Source: Flectonema sp. DT1601 (Eukaryota). Taken from it: a stretch of DNA of 64,000 nt. The DNA is taken from assembly GCA_964019425.1 (NCBI GenBank), contig OZ025794.1, positions 992,001 to 1,056,000 on the forward strand. The letters run 5' to 3'. Positions 1-11,783 of this stretch are shown piece by piece (the stretch's first letter is position 1; each line of letters opens with the position of its first letter). The notes below the pieces were generated by a model. That model did no database searches, had not been told where the DNA came from, and saw only the letters and a list, made by a program, of their open reading frames with translations. The position numbers and the translations under genes are program-made.

Positions 1-2989
1 GTTGTTGTTGAGTATGTCGCTTTTTAACGAGTTCTGCCATGTTTGCAGTTGCCGCTCTTATTTCAAGAGCCTCAACACTCCGACGCTGTCTAATCGCTTC
101 AACTCTCGGGCACTCATCATCAGATAAAGTAGCAACTCTAGGAGTTACTGCATACCTGCTATTCACCGTTTCTGGACGATTCTGAAATGCCGCTAATTCT
201 ATACTCCATGAATCCTTTGTGTACAGTAACGCATTGTCTGGTAAGTTAGGTACCATAACAACAGAATTGTCTTCATCCCCAATCTCTGCGATCACTGTAT
301 CTTCATCATCATCACTAAGTTGATGTCTCCACTTATCAGGTGATCTTGGTGGTGCTGTGTTGCTTGATTTGGTGTGGCCTGCTGATTGTTTCCGTTTCTT
401 TTTGTGTTTCTTTTTCCTTTTTTCACTTTCATTCCTTGGCGTGTCTTCCTTTGCAGTCGTATCGACTTCTGATTGTGTGCTGATGTCTTTTCCTGCTTGA
501 GGAGGTCTTAATGACAGACTAGGAAGTGCCATTCCATTGTGATGGTAGTCATCAAAAGACTCAGATGGTACTATTTCAGAGAGAGCTGCTGATTGTTGTA
601 AGTCTGTTGCTGCAGTCTGACGAACTGGAATTTCAGTTTCAACATCAGCAGAAGGATACACAAATGTTGTTTCAGCAACAAGAGACAAATCTTTATCCAA
701 TTGATACTGTGATGGTGGTGGTGGTGGCGGTGGTGGTAACTCTTCCTCAACCTCAATTGGAAGAGTCTTCTGTACTGAAGGACTCACTTGACTGACGTAT
801 TGATTACTTACTACAGGTGGCGATGGACTTCTAGCTGATACAACAGACTCAGCAACAACACCAGTCGTACTGAACTCATGTTGACGACCTGTCCATTTGC
901 AATACTTTGATGCTGTTGAAGCTTCCTGTCCACAATGAGGACAAGACTCAGTTGGTAATGAATTCTGTTGCTGATCGTCACCAACACGTTCAGAGTAATC
1001 ATCATGACCAACAGTTAGTGATGGTGATGAACTTTGTTGAGCTATAGTTTGATGTCTGTGTTGGTTATCAGTCGATAATAATCCTTGATCAGATGTAATT
1101 GAAGGAGTAATAACATTCTGTTGTTGATATCCTGGACTACTTTCAGAAGTAATACTTTGGATTGCATGACTTCCATAACCGGGAGTATGTTGTTCAGAAT
1201 TATAAGGCACCTGTCTCCTAACAGATGGTGTCTCAACCTGTTGTTGATTGTGACCACCACTATGATGACTAAGTGACGATGGTGAGATAGCCTGTTGTAA
1301 AGGATACTGTTGTGGTTGTTGTTGCTGTAGTTGCTGTGGTAGGTGTTGTTGCTGATATTGTTGTGGTTGTTGTTGCTGTTGTTGCCAATCAGAATGAACA
1401 GGTTGCTGATTTGGTACATTTGACGCATTCCAAAGAGGAGGATCAGAAATAGTATTTGGTGAACTTTGAATTGGAATAATAACATCAGGTGAATAATCCA
1501 TTACATGTTCAGCATTGAGAGGTTTAACAGGTGGAATACCAACAGGGAGTGTACTCTCTTGATGATACCAATCATCTGACTGTTGTTGAGGTTGTTGAGT
1601 AAAATGATTATTACCACTCGAGTAGACAGGAGAAACAGTTCCATGATATCCAACACTAGTTGGATGTGATTGTGTTGATGTTACTACTGGAGGTGAATTA
1701 ATATTTTCACCCGACCCTGTTCCTGATGGAATCGAGTCCTCCACAGAATTAGGAACAGGTTGAAGTTGTTGTGGTCTGCTGTATGCTATGGCTGTTGGTT
1801 CTATTTGCGGTAGTTCCTCAGTTGGTGGAGTTCTCACTTTTTCTGTTGGAATTGTCGCAGGCTTTCCGACATCACCGCGCTCCCGTCTGACCTTTTCTTC
1901 TAAAAGTACCTCCTCGCGGATGCGTTCTTCCTTTTCTCGTTTGATACGTTCAGACTTTAGCCTTTGTTGTTCATCTAGTTCTTGTCGCCATTGAAGTTTT
2001 GCTTCTTTGTCTTTTCGAACTTTATCATTATCGGTTCCTAGAACTAGTCGCCCATTGATCCAGGACTTAGTACCAGCACCACCAGAAGATACAGATGAGA
2101 CTTCACTATCTCTTCTGTTTCCTGTTAGTGGAGGTTGGACAGGTGTGTGTTGCTGCTGCTGATTACTTTCGTTTGATCCGCCGCTTTCATTCTTCTTGGC
2201 GTGCATTTGCTTTTCTAATTCAGCTCTGTACTCCATTTGCTTCTTTTTAGCTTCACTCTTCAATTCTCTATCAGTTTTCCCAATGTTATTTGTCGTCGGT
2301 GTTCCCAGACTATTTTCCCGACTGGGCATCCTCGTGCGCTCATGCTGCAAGTGTTCTAAATGTTTTTCACGATCAAGTTGTTGTTGATGCTGAAGAGATA
2401 ATCGATATTGTTCTTGTTGAGATCTCCTATCATCAAATGGACTGTATTGGTCACCAGGAGGAGGAGTTGTACTCAATGCCGAACGTGGTACTATTCCTCC
2501 TTGTGAAGTCATGTCGTTAGTTGTTTGCACAGGTTGCTCAGCGTACCCAACAGGTTGCTGAATGTGGTTAATAGGAATCTGTCCAACAAATGGAACTGGA
2601 AGACCAACACCCTGTTGAGGTGAAGGAAACATTGGTTGCATAACTTGTGGATGCATCTGTGGAGGATAACCAGCAGACATGGGTTGTTGTTGTGGAACTT
2701 GATAAATAGGAGTTGGTGGTTGTTGTTGAATAAAACCTGTCGGAGGTTGCTGATAGTACTGAGGGGATTGTCCATAATAAGGTGAGGGTTGCATTACTGG
2801 TTGCTGTTGCTGCATCACAATATGTGGTTCTTGAGGAAGTGAACCATTAAACAGTTGTGGATGATGTTGGTGTTGTTGTTGTTGCTGTTGTTGGTGTTGG
2901 TCCGCATCTCCATGTTTTACTCTTTTTTTTTGAAGATCCCGTTCGCCAAGTTTAGCGAATAGCCCACCTTCTTCTTGAACAACTTTCTT

Positions 2990-3038
<49 letters not shown>

Positions 3039-3181
3039 GGAACGTGTTGCTTTTGAAGCTGTTCTTTTATCCTCCTTTGCTCATCCAATTCCTCCTTGTA
3101 CTGTCGTTGTTTAGCTTTCCTTTCTGTATCATCTGCACCACCAAATATGTTGCTTCCGCCATGGCCAACCCGATGTCCCAT
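1..3181 (-). CDS. Large Q/P/S-rich low-complexity protein with short charged helical repeats (CSPP1/CCDC66-like motif); 3' end runs off the window
   Basis: Not in the ORF track, probably because it has no stop inside the window. ATG at 3181 reads MGHRVGHGGSNIFGGADDTERKAKQRQYKEELDEQRRIKEQ. The same frame is still open at the window edge (...AELVKKRHTQQQ); I spot-checked it rather than translating every codon. Three motif copies: KQRQYKEELDEQ, KKMEYRAELEKQ, KLQWRQELDEQ. Confidence 0.8.
2990..3037 (-). repeat. Pure (CAG)15+CAA microsatellite encoding Q16
   Basis: Uninterrupted ctg run on the + strand, in frame with the 1..3181 CDS. Confidence 0.95.
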
Positions 3182-3358
3182 TGACACAAAGTATTTGGTG
3201 CCTTGTGACTAGCTCTGTCTCTGTACCATGACTTCTGCTTAATAAAATAATAGTTAAGGGTGTAAAGTAATTTCCATTTTGATAGTAACCTCTCAATGTG
3301 TAAACAATGGGAAGCAATAACACGTTCAATAATAACAAAAAAAACTGAAAAAACTAAA

Positions 3359-4237
3359 CTAATCAACTCCCAAATTCTCCTTTTGTCTTCCGGTTGGCCC
3401 TTTTGGAGATCGTGTAATAGGAGAACACAACACAGATGTATTCCACGCTGGAGGTGTTCTCCTAGTTGATGCTGAATTTGTTGATATAATTCTCGGAGGA
3501 GATAATCGGTGCACTGCTGATCTGATTCTCGTGGTGCTTATTTTCTTTGGTTGGTTTTCAACCTCATAAAGCTTTCGAAGTATAGAATAAGACAAGTCTT
3601 TCTTCTCAGCTTCTAACATTTGTTCCGCAGCCGTTGACGCCAATAATAATAATTGTTTACCACGACCTGGTTCATCTCCTAATGACTTACCAGTGTTATG
3701 GACGTCAATCCCTTTGCTGTAGTCTTCTTCAACGTTCTCAATCAACTCAATAAAATTTCTCTTAGGACTGGAATTTAATTCCAGTGGTGGTCTTGGCGCT
3801 CTGGGAAGTTTGAAGTTTTTCCCTTCTCTCCGCCGAGGTTTTTTCTTCTTTCGCAACCTCTGATATAATCCTGTGAGAGGCATGCTGTCGAGGAAATTCC
3901 ACGAATTTGGAACCGTCGTGACTCCTCCCTTCCAACGAAGATTAACAGCGAGTCTTGCATTCTTTGATGCACCGATTCGTTCTCTTCTAGTAGGTAAGGG
4001 ACCTGGTAGTATCGGTGGCGGTATGGGGGTCATTCGTAAGTCGTCGTCGGCTAAATCGGTTCCGATGTTAGGATGCAATAGTCTGGTTGTCGGGGGCTTC
4101 CACCTGTGTTCAAATACTGTAGGCGGTGGTCTGAAAACTGTTATTCTACTTCTACCTTCCCATCTCTTCTCAATTGATTCATCAGAGAGAGGAACCAATT
4201 GCCCTGAGAATTGAAGTCCTCCAGTCCCAGGTGGCAT
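3359..4237 (-). CDS. Hypothetical basic, Pro/Arg-rich protein (~292 aa)
   Basis: 296-codon ORF whose first ATG is at 4237 (MPPGTGGLQF). It has coding-like composition and an upstream acceptor site, but no recognisable domain. Confidence 0.7.
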   Translation of the reverse strand: MPPGTGGLQFSGQLVPLSDESIEKRWEGRSRITVFRPPPTVFEHRWKPPTTRLLHPNIGTDLADDDLRMTPIPPPILPGPLPTRRERIGASKNARLAVNLRWKGGVTTVPNSWNFLDSMPLTGLYQRLRKKKKPRRREGKNFKLPRAPRPPLELNSSPKRNFIELIENVEEDYSKGIDVHNTGKSLGDEPGRGKQLLLLASTAAEQMLEAEKKDLSYSILRKLYEVENQPKKISTTRIRSAVHRLSPPRIISTNSASTRRTPPAWNTSVLCSPITRSPKGPTGRQKENLGVD

Positions 4238-4397
4238 TGTAAACAACAATCAAGATTACCACAGTAATAGTAAACAGGACTGACTTCCCCCTCCCGACTA
4301 CGTAATAATTTTGCTGAGGAAATAATAAAAAGGAATATAAAAATTAAACGACAATACTAGATCTTACCAATAGCAGTACGAGCTGCTTATTGATCAC

Positions 4398-4493
4398 CTG
4401 CAACCTTTTGATAAGGGGAAAAGAGAGGAAACCGAGGGGAGGAAAGTGAGAATTGGAACAAAAAACGAGGGAGGAGGGAGGGGAAAAAGAAAA
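4398..4493 (-). promoter_or_regulatory. Polypyrimidine tract + AG, putative trans-splice acceptor; possible 5'UTR intron 4314-4367 downstream
   Basis: About 85 nt of nearly pure C/T on the minus strand, then ttgcAG. This is followed by G|GTAAGA at 4367 and ttcctcAG at 4314. Confidence 0.55.
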
Positions 4494-4554
4494 TGCTTTC
4501 CTAAGAAAGGTATCGTGATAATGAGAGTAACATATGGTTAGTTGTCTTTATTTT

Positions 4555-6236
4555 CTACGATGATGAAAACAACTTCTTCTCGTATGCGACGAGTCCGTGA
4601 ACACCACCCTCCGCCTGGGCTGCGTGAGTACGACGTTCGAATCTGACTTCACCAAGGTTCTGTATTAAGTGTGTTTATGTTTTAGGGAAACAAATAATTA
4701 ATAGGCCACAGATTATTAATACAATAAACATACCGACTGCTCTCTAACAGCAGTGAATGATTTGTAACCAATATCCTGAGCAGACTGCTGAAGTCCCTTG
4801 AACAGATAAGGAACGAATCCGTGAACCGATCCCTTGTCAGCAACAGCTCCAGAGACTCCCTGAGCAACCTGAACCTTCTGGGACTCAGAAAGGTATCTCT
4901 TTCCAGATTCCTTACCCTGAGCCATTGCCTCAATTGAACCCATACCTCTGTACTTCTTAAGTCTTTGACCATTGCTGTAGAAGTATTCACCTGGTGCCTC
5001 AGTGGTACCAGCAAGCATACCTCCAAGCATACCAGCACTGGCACCAAGAGTTAATGCCTTTGCGATATGTCCAACGTTCTTAATTCCACCATCAGCGATA
5101 ACTGGAACTCCACGCTCTCCAGTAGCGTACTGAGCAGTCTGGTAAACAGCTGTTGCTTGTGGTCTGCCAACAGCCATAACTTCCTGAGTGATACAAATTG
5201 AACCTGCACCCATACCAATACGGAGACCATCAGCTCCTGCATCAATAAGATTCTTTGCCTGTCCTTTGGTTACGACGTTTCCGGCAATGATGTCAACCTT
5301 AGGGTAGCTGGATTTCAAGTGACGGATCATATCGATCTGGTAAAGGGAGTTTCCCTGACTGCTGTCAATAACGATAACATCTACTCCTGCTTCAACAAGA
5401 AGCTTAGCTCTGATTCTATCGTCTGGTCTTGTTCCGATAGCAGCACCACATCTGAGTTGTTGGTTCTCATCCATAGTGGCTAATGGCCATTCAGATTCCT
5501 TAGTTGTGTCCTCACGGGAGCACAACATCTGAAGTTCGTCGGTGGCAGAAACGACTGGAAGGTATCCGTGCTTGCATGCGTGGAGCTTTTCCTTGCAATC
5601 CTTCAAAGAAAGTTTCTGTCCCTTTGACAAGACTGCCTTTACCAACTTGTTAAGTGGAGTCATGACAGTTGAAAGAAGGGTTTCGTCATCAACGGTGTCG
5701 ATATCCTTGTTGCAGACTAAACCAAGAAGTTTACCGTGATTAGCACCTCCTGCTGTGATTGGAATTCCAGTGAATCCCATCGTTGATTTAATGTCACGAA
5801 TATCTCCAGCAGTGTTGTTTGGTCCTAAGACCTTCGGGTTAAGGATGAATCCATTTCTCCATCTTTTTACTGAGCTAACCTGTCTGGCCTGTTCTTCTGG
5901 TTTCATATTGTTGTGTAGGATTCCAATACCTCCGTTAAGAGCCATAGCGATGGCCATGTTCTCTTCGGAAACAGTGTCCATAGGAGAGCTGACAAATGGG
6001 GCTTTCATTGAGATGTTTTTGGTCAATTGACATGAAAGGTCAACATCATCAGCAGCGAAATCGATGTAAGATGGAAGTAACAAAATATCGTCATATGTAA
6101 GTCCTTGTCCCTGAGACATCAGCTCTGCGAGCTTCAAACCATCTCCATCCATGTGTCCACACCATCCTGGGTTTTCAATCTTCTGACGCTTCTCAGCTAC
6201 GTCACCGGAGTCTCTTTGCTTCTTAGCGGCTGCCAT
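4555..6236 (-). CDS. IMPDH: Inosine-5'-monophosphate dehydrogenase with CBS subdomain (2 exons; intron 4660-4733)
   Basis: Motifs GLTYDD, SSPMDTV, catalytic [20 protein letters not shown] and VAQGVSG. Splicing GTATGT...TACAG restores the conserved C-terminus [34 protein letters not shown]. Confidence 0.97.
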
Positions 6237-7608
6237 TTTTTGATGATAAGGCGCTGTTCAGGAGAACATATCAATCAAAGCTGACAAGTGTATAATAGAC
6301 TATTTCACTACTTAACTTGTAACGATTCCTTCATAAGTAGAATAACATCTGTTTTTTGTGTCTTTTAGTACAACTTTAGACCAAAAACCGATCAACGAGA
6401 TCCTTGCTGCGAATTCCTCGCATGTTGAATTGTATGTTTATTGTTTTTTTTATTTTATTTTTTTGAAAAAAAGCTGTTTCACTTCTCCAACACAGAATGA
6501 TACTGAAATTAACATAATAAAGTAATTGACCCAACTGAAGGTTGGGAGCACCACTATTTTTCTACTTGTCAGATCAGAGGCATGAGATGCTATCTGAGCT
6601 TCTGTTTTAAGGGCTTCCCATTAAGAAAATACTGAGTAAAGCTATAGACCCCTTCTAATACCTACCCCAACAGGCAGGTATTACGCTTTCAATTAGTGGT
6701 TTTATTTTCCACGAGTGGCAGCGAAGACGAAGGCTTAAATTTCGTTGATCGCAGACAGTGATACTGACGCCCAATATTATAAAATAAACGGTTCTTAAAC
6801 CGCAAATAATAATAATAATAATGCTGTCAAGTTTTTTTTTTTTTTCACCTCTTTTTGTTCTTCTCGTGAAGATTCACCAGTTAAAAATATCCGATTAAAA
6901 AAACTCACACTGCTGCTGTTTATATGAGCTAATGTGAGCAATGAGTGTGTTGGGATAACAAAAAACAAGCGGATAATAATACAGAGGTTAAAAGATACAG
7001 GTTTTTACTATGATATAACCCGACTGGCGACTTATTCAAAACAGGCGACATCTCAATCAACACTGCCCTTCTAAGTGTGTCTAAAGCACAGCACCTTTTT
7101 TTCTGAAATTGGGGAAAGAGGGGAAGAAAAAAAACGATCGCCACTGCTGACAATGATCAGTGATGAGAGAAATTAAAAAAAAAGAAGAAAAAAAAAAGGC
7201 AAGCTTGGCTTTTGGATGTTAGTACGAAGAAGAGAAATAACGTATGATGGAAGGAAACATTCACGTAGAACATGTGGAATAATTTTTTAAAAAAAAGAAG
7301 AATGCTATTCAATACGCGATCGACAAGACAACTATTCCGATCTTACTCTATCTCTAGGATACAAGATGAGTAGTCAGTCATGTTTTCCATTCAAAAAAAA
7401 AAAAAAAGAAAAGAAAAGAAAATCATCAAAAGAACCAACCGATCGCGATCTGTAATTACAACAGCAAAAATCATCACGGTGACGCATCGGCTCTTTAGTG
7501 ACAGATGCAGTATGACAACAAAACCCGACGACATAGAACACATGCATCTTGTCTAGTTAGTATATTCTCATTGTATTTTTTAGTCCGACTGCTATTCGAT
7601 ATTTTAAT

Positions 7609-10099
7609 CTAATCATCGTCTTCACCAAAAAGGTCTTCTGAATCAACTTCCGCAGTCATTTCCATTCCTTCCATTTGTTCTTTTCTGATATTTGCATACG
7701 ACGTCTTGTTGCTCTTCATCTTCCCCTTCGCAACCTGTTTGTGTATTTATAATGAATATTGTATCCTATATAAAATTAATCTGTATTTCTTTATTTAAAA
7801 ATAAGAGGGAAAACATTTAATAATAACAAACCTTCATCACTACAAAGACGATGGCACCAAACAGCAAAATCGCTCCAGCAACTGCTGCAATGGTGATACC
7901 GTTGTCTTCCCCTGCATTTTTAGGTGCAATTGAAATTGGTACCTCTGTAGGTGGTGCCGTAAGAGGTGGCGCAGGTGTAGGTGCATCAGTAGTGGGGGAA
8001 GGTGTAGGTACAGCGGTTACAGGAGGCGCAGGTGTAGGTGGTGCCGTAAGAGGTGGCGCAGGTGTAGGTGCATCGGTAGTGGGGGAAGGTGTAGGTACGG
8101 CGGTTACAGGAGGCGCAGGTGTAGGTACGGCTGTGGGTACGGCGGTTACAAGAGGCGCAGCTGTAGGTAAGTCAGTTGTAGGAGTAAGTGTTGCGGTTGT
8201 GGGCGCAGCTGTAGGTACGGCGGTTACAACAGGCGCAGGTGTAGGTACGTCGGTTACAGAAGGCGCAGCTGTAGGTAAGTCAGTTGTAGGAGTAAGTGTT
8301 GCGGTTGTGGGCGCAGGTGTAGGTACGTCGGTTACAGAAGGCGCAGGTGTAGGTACGGCGGTTACAAGAGGCGCAGCTGTAGGTAAGTCAGTTGTAGGAG
8401 TAAGTGTTGCGGTTGTGGGCGCAGGTGTAGGTACGTCGGTTACAGAAGGCGCAGGTGTAGGTACGTCGGTTACAGAAGGCGCAGGTGTAGGTAAGTCAGT
8501 TATAGGAGTAAGTGTTGCGGTTGTGGGCGCAGGTGTGGGTACGTCGGTTACAGAAGGCGCAGCTGTAGGTAAGTCAGTTGTAGGAGTAAGTGTTGCGGTT
8601 GTGGGCGCAGGTGTAGGTACGTCGGTTACAGAAGGCGCAGGTGTAGGTACGTCGGTTACAGAAGGCGCAGGTGTAGGTAAGTCAGTTATAGGAGTAAGTG
8701 TTGCGGTTGTGGGCGCAGGTGTGGGTACGTCGGTTACAGAAGGCGCAGCTGTAGGTAAGTCAGTTGTAGGAGTAAGTGTTGCGGTTGTGGGCGCAGGTGT
8801 AGGTACGTCGGTTACAGAAGGCGCAGGTGTAGGTACGTCGGTTACAGAAGGCGCAGGTGTAGGTAAGTCAGTTATAGGAGTAAGTGTTGCGGTTGTGGGC
8901 GCAGGTGTGGGTACGTCGGTTACAGAAGGCGCAGGTGTAGGTACGTCGGTTACAGAAGGCGCAGGTGTAGGTACGGCGGTTACAGAAGGCGCAGGTGTGG
9001 GTACGTCAGTTACAGAAGGCGCAGGTGTAGGTACGTCGGTTACAGAAGGCGCAGGTGTAGGTAAGTCAGTTATAGGAGTAAGTGTTGCGGTTGTGGGCGC
9101 AGGTGTAGGTACGTCGGTTACAGAAGGCGCAGGTGTAGGTACGTCGGTTACAGAAGGCGCAGGTGTAGGTACGGCGGTTACAGAAGGCGCAGGTGTAGGT
9201 ACGTCGGTTACAGAAGGCGCAGGTGTGGGTACGTCGGTTACAGAAGGCGCAGGTGTAGGTACGGCGGTTACAGAAGGCGCAGGTGTAGGTAAGTCAGTTA
9301 TAGGAGTAAGTGTTGCGGTTGTGGGCGCAGGTGTAGGTACGTCGGTTACAGAAGGCGCAGGTGTAGGTACGTCGGTTACAGAAGGCGCAGGTGTAGGTAA
9401 GTCAGTTATAGGAGTAAGTGTTGCGGTTGTGGGCGCAGGTGTAGGTACGTCGGTTACAGAAGGCGCAGGTGTAGGTACGTCGGTTACAGAAGGCGCAGGT
9501 GTAGGTACGTCGGTTACAGAAGGCGCAGGTGTAGGTACGTCGGTTACAGAAGGCGCAGGTGTAGGTAAGTCAGTTATAGGAGTAAGTGTTGCGGTTGTGG
9601 GCGCAGTAGTAGGTTCGTCGGTAAGCGTTGGAATGTTGGTTGCCCGGGTCAGTGTCACACCTGTTTCCGCTTGTGTGAGCGTCACAGTTGCTTCAGTACG
9701 GGTTAGTGAAATCTTTGCTTCCGGAGTGCTGGCCTGTGATACTGATACGCTTGCCTCCGGCGTGTTGGCTGACGAGGTTAGTGTTACCTTTGCCTCCGGA
9801 GTGCTGGCCTGTGATACTGATACGCTTGCTTCCGGCGTGTTGGTTGACGAGGTTAGTGTTACCTTTGCTTCCGAAATGTTGACCTGTGATACTGATACGC
9901 TTGCCTCCGGCGTGTTGGCTGCCTGTGTAAGTGTCACACTTGCTTCCAGTACTTGAGCAGGTGTCATAGTACGCGCCAGAGTGTCTGTAGGCTGCGTTGC
10001 CGTTTTACTTGCTAAAGAAACGGACACATCTTGAGCTAGAGAGCCAATCTCTTGGGTGATAAGTACACTTGTCACTATAAGTAAACTCCTGAATGACAT
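7609..10099 (-). CDS. Mucin-like Pro/Thr-rich type I membrane protein (2 exons; intron 7735-7831)
   Basis: Signal peptide, long PTPAP-repeat stalk and TM helix ITIAAVAGAILLFGAIVFVVM. An intron GTTTGT...AAACAG gives an in-frame cytoplasmic tail ending EDLFGEDDD*. Confidence 0.9.
7945..9615 (-). repeat. Coding minisatellite of 30-nt (SVTDVPTPAP) and 48-nt (TTATLTPITDLPTPAP) units
   Basis: Near-identical tandem units are directly visible, e.g. gtaggtacgtcggttacagaaggcgcaggt. Confidence 0.97.
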
Positions 10100-10445
10100 A
10101 TTTGATGGCTCTTAAAGTAAAGTAAGAAATGAAAAATTCAATACTCGTGGAAATAATATAGGACCGTTTCTCCCTCCCACGTCAAAGCATTCACCAAGAA
10201 TGTCTTCATTAATTACTGTCAAGTGACCAGCTAGAAGGCATTAGGATCGGCAATCTACTTGTGAACGCCGCCATTGATTTGTGTTGTTTCCTAAATAAGA
10301 AAAATAATATCTGAAGCTAGCTTCACATTAGACAGCCTTACTTCTCTCGTTTGAAATAAAAGATAAAAACAAGACCAACCACCAAAAGGATTATTGCGCA
10401 CAGTGGCGTTAATGCTGGGCATTCCTTGAGAGGTAGAATGCACTC

Positions 10446-11291
10446 TTATTTAAAGAAATTGTTGAAGAATGTGTTTCCACTTTTATCAGTGTAGATTCTC
10501 AGCCATCTTTGTAGAATCCATTTTTCACCTGATTTGATAGGACAAGATCCGTGAATTGCATACTTGTCTTCCGTCATGTCAGGATTGTGTGAAAAGAAAA
10601 TAACCGCTCGACCACGTTTAGGTTTGACCTTGTAAACTGAAGACGACTGACAGTATGGAGCCATAGGAGGTTGGTTGCCATTGCTACCCCAATTCAATTG
10701 CGGTAATGTCGACGTATCTTTATTGACACCTGGAAAGATGGTAGCTCCCCCAGACTCAACATCATTTAAATATATTAGAAATGTTACTATTCTTCCTATT
10801 CTGGTGTCGCTATCTTTGTGGAATTCGTAATAGTTTCCTTTCTTGTAGTGTCCGAATTGAACTGGTTCACCGAACTCAATTGGAATGAATAGATGTTCAT
10901 GGATACGATTCATGATGTCACTTATTATTGGATCGTTGTTTTCAAGTGTGCGGTTGTCGTCGTTGGCTGTTTCGGATTCTCTTATATTGTGTTTAAACAA
11001 AGATGACTTAAATTCATTCTTTGTGACAGTTGAAGGTTGTAATAATGGTTTTGCGACGTTAATCACATGTTGGCATTCCTCTTCAGATACGAAATCATCT
11101 AAAACATAAACCCTTGGGAATCCCTCTGAAGCCTTCTTCGCTTTTGGTGGTGTTGGAGCTTTTCGATTTTCTGCTTTTATTTGTTTGAGTTTGTCTTCAA
11201 GTTCTGTTCTTCGTTTCTGCAGATCCTCCAGGGAAGGAATCTCACTGACAACGACAGTGAATAAAATAAATAGTATCAGTTTGCTGATCAT
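10446..11291 (-). CDS. P4H: Prolyl 4-hydroxylase (2OG-Fe(II) dioxygenase), secretory pathway
   Basis: Signal/anchor MISKLILFILFTVVVS; PRVYVLDDFVSEEEC; HxD (FHKD); RIVTFLIYLNDVESGGATIFP; distal His in AIHGSCPIKSGEKW. The start codon is my choice of ATG. Confidence 0.9.
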   Translation of the reverse strand: MISKLILFILFTVVVSEIPSLEDLQKRRTELEDKLKQIKAENRKAPTPPKAKKASEGFPRVYVLDDFVSEEECQHVINVAKPLLQPSTVTKNEFKSSLFKHNIRESETANDDNRTLENNDPIISDIMNRIHEHLFIPIEFGEPVQFGHYKKGNYYEFHKDSDTRIGRIVTFLIYLNDVESGGATIFPGVNKDTSTLPQLNWGSNGNQPPMAPYCQSSSVYKVKPKRGRAVIFFSHNPDMTEDKYAIHGSCPIKSGEKWILQRWLRIYTDKSGNTFFNNFFK

Positions 11292-11570
11292 ATTTAACAT
11301 TATCTGCATAAACGAGAAGTACAATACTAATCTGTTAGGTACTACAATATAAGAAAAGGGTGATTGGATCCGAGTGTAAATAATCACAAGCTTGACTCTT
11401 GCAGTAAACAAGGGAGAAAAATAGAAAGTACATCTCACCTGTGACAACAAGGAAGACGTACAACACGCAGGGGTAATTTGATGCGCAGGGGGAAAAACTA
11501 TTCAGATAAGCAGCCTTTATGTTTTGTTGTGCTACTAACGGCACAGAGAAATACATAAACATGACATAAT

Positions 11571-11635
11571 AAATAAACGGCTCTTTAATCAAAATAGTTT
11601 CTTCTCTGACTTCATCGATACAAAAAAAAAAAAGA
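11571..11635 (+). repeat. Dispersed repeat family F (short element, terminal mini-hairpin, A-run)
   Basis: aaataaacggctctttaatcaaaatagtttcttctctgacttcatcgatac(A)n resembles 52829-52899 and, inverted, 39466-39510. Confidence 0.7.
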
Positions 11636-11783
11636 AAATTTGAAGGAAGCAAAATAAAATAAAATGTTGCCATCGGAAAAAGAATATGTAACTGTAACTG
11701 GGACTATATTGAACAACAAAAAAAAAAAAAAGGATATAGAGAGAGGGATAATGTAGTGTACAGTATTTGAAGACTTTTAAGTT

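Noticed and set aside
526..3366. Many short ORFs on both strands
   Set aside because: Alternative-frame or antisense shadows of the single long minus-strand CDS starting at 3181.
7851..9956. 701-aa plus-strand Gly/Val/Ala ORF
   Set aside because: Antisense shadow of the Pro/Thr repeat gene; the minus frame has the signal peptide, TM helix and spliced tail.
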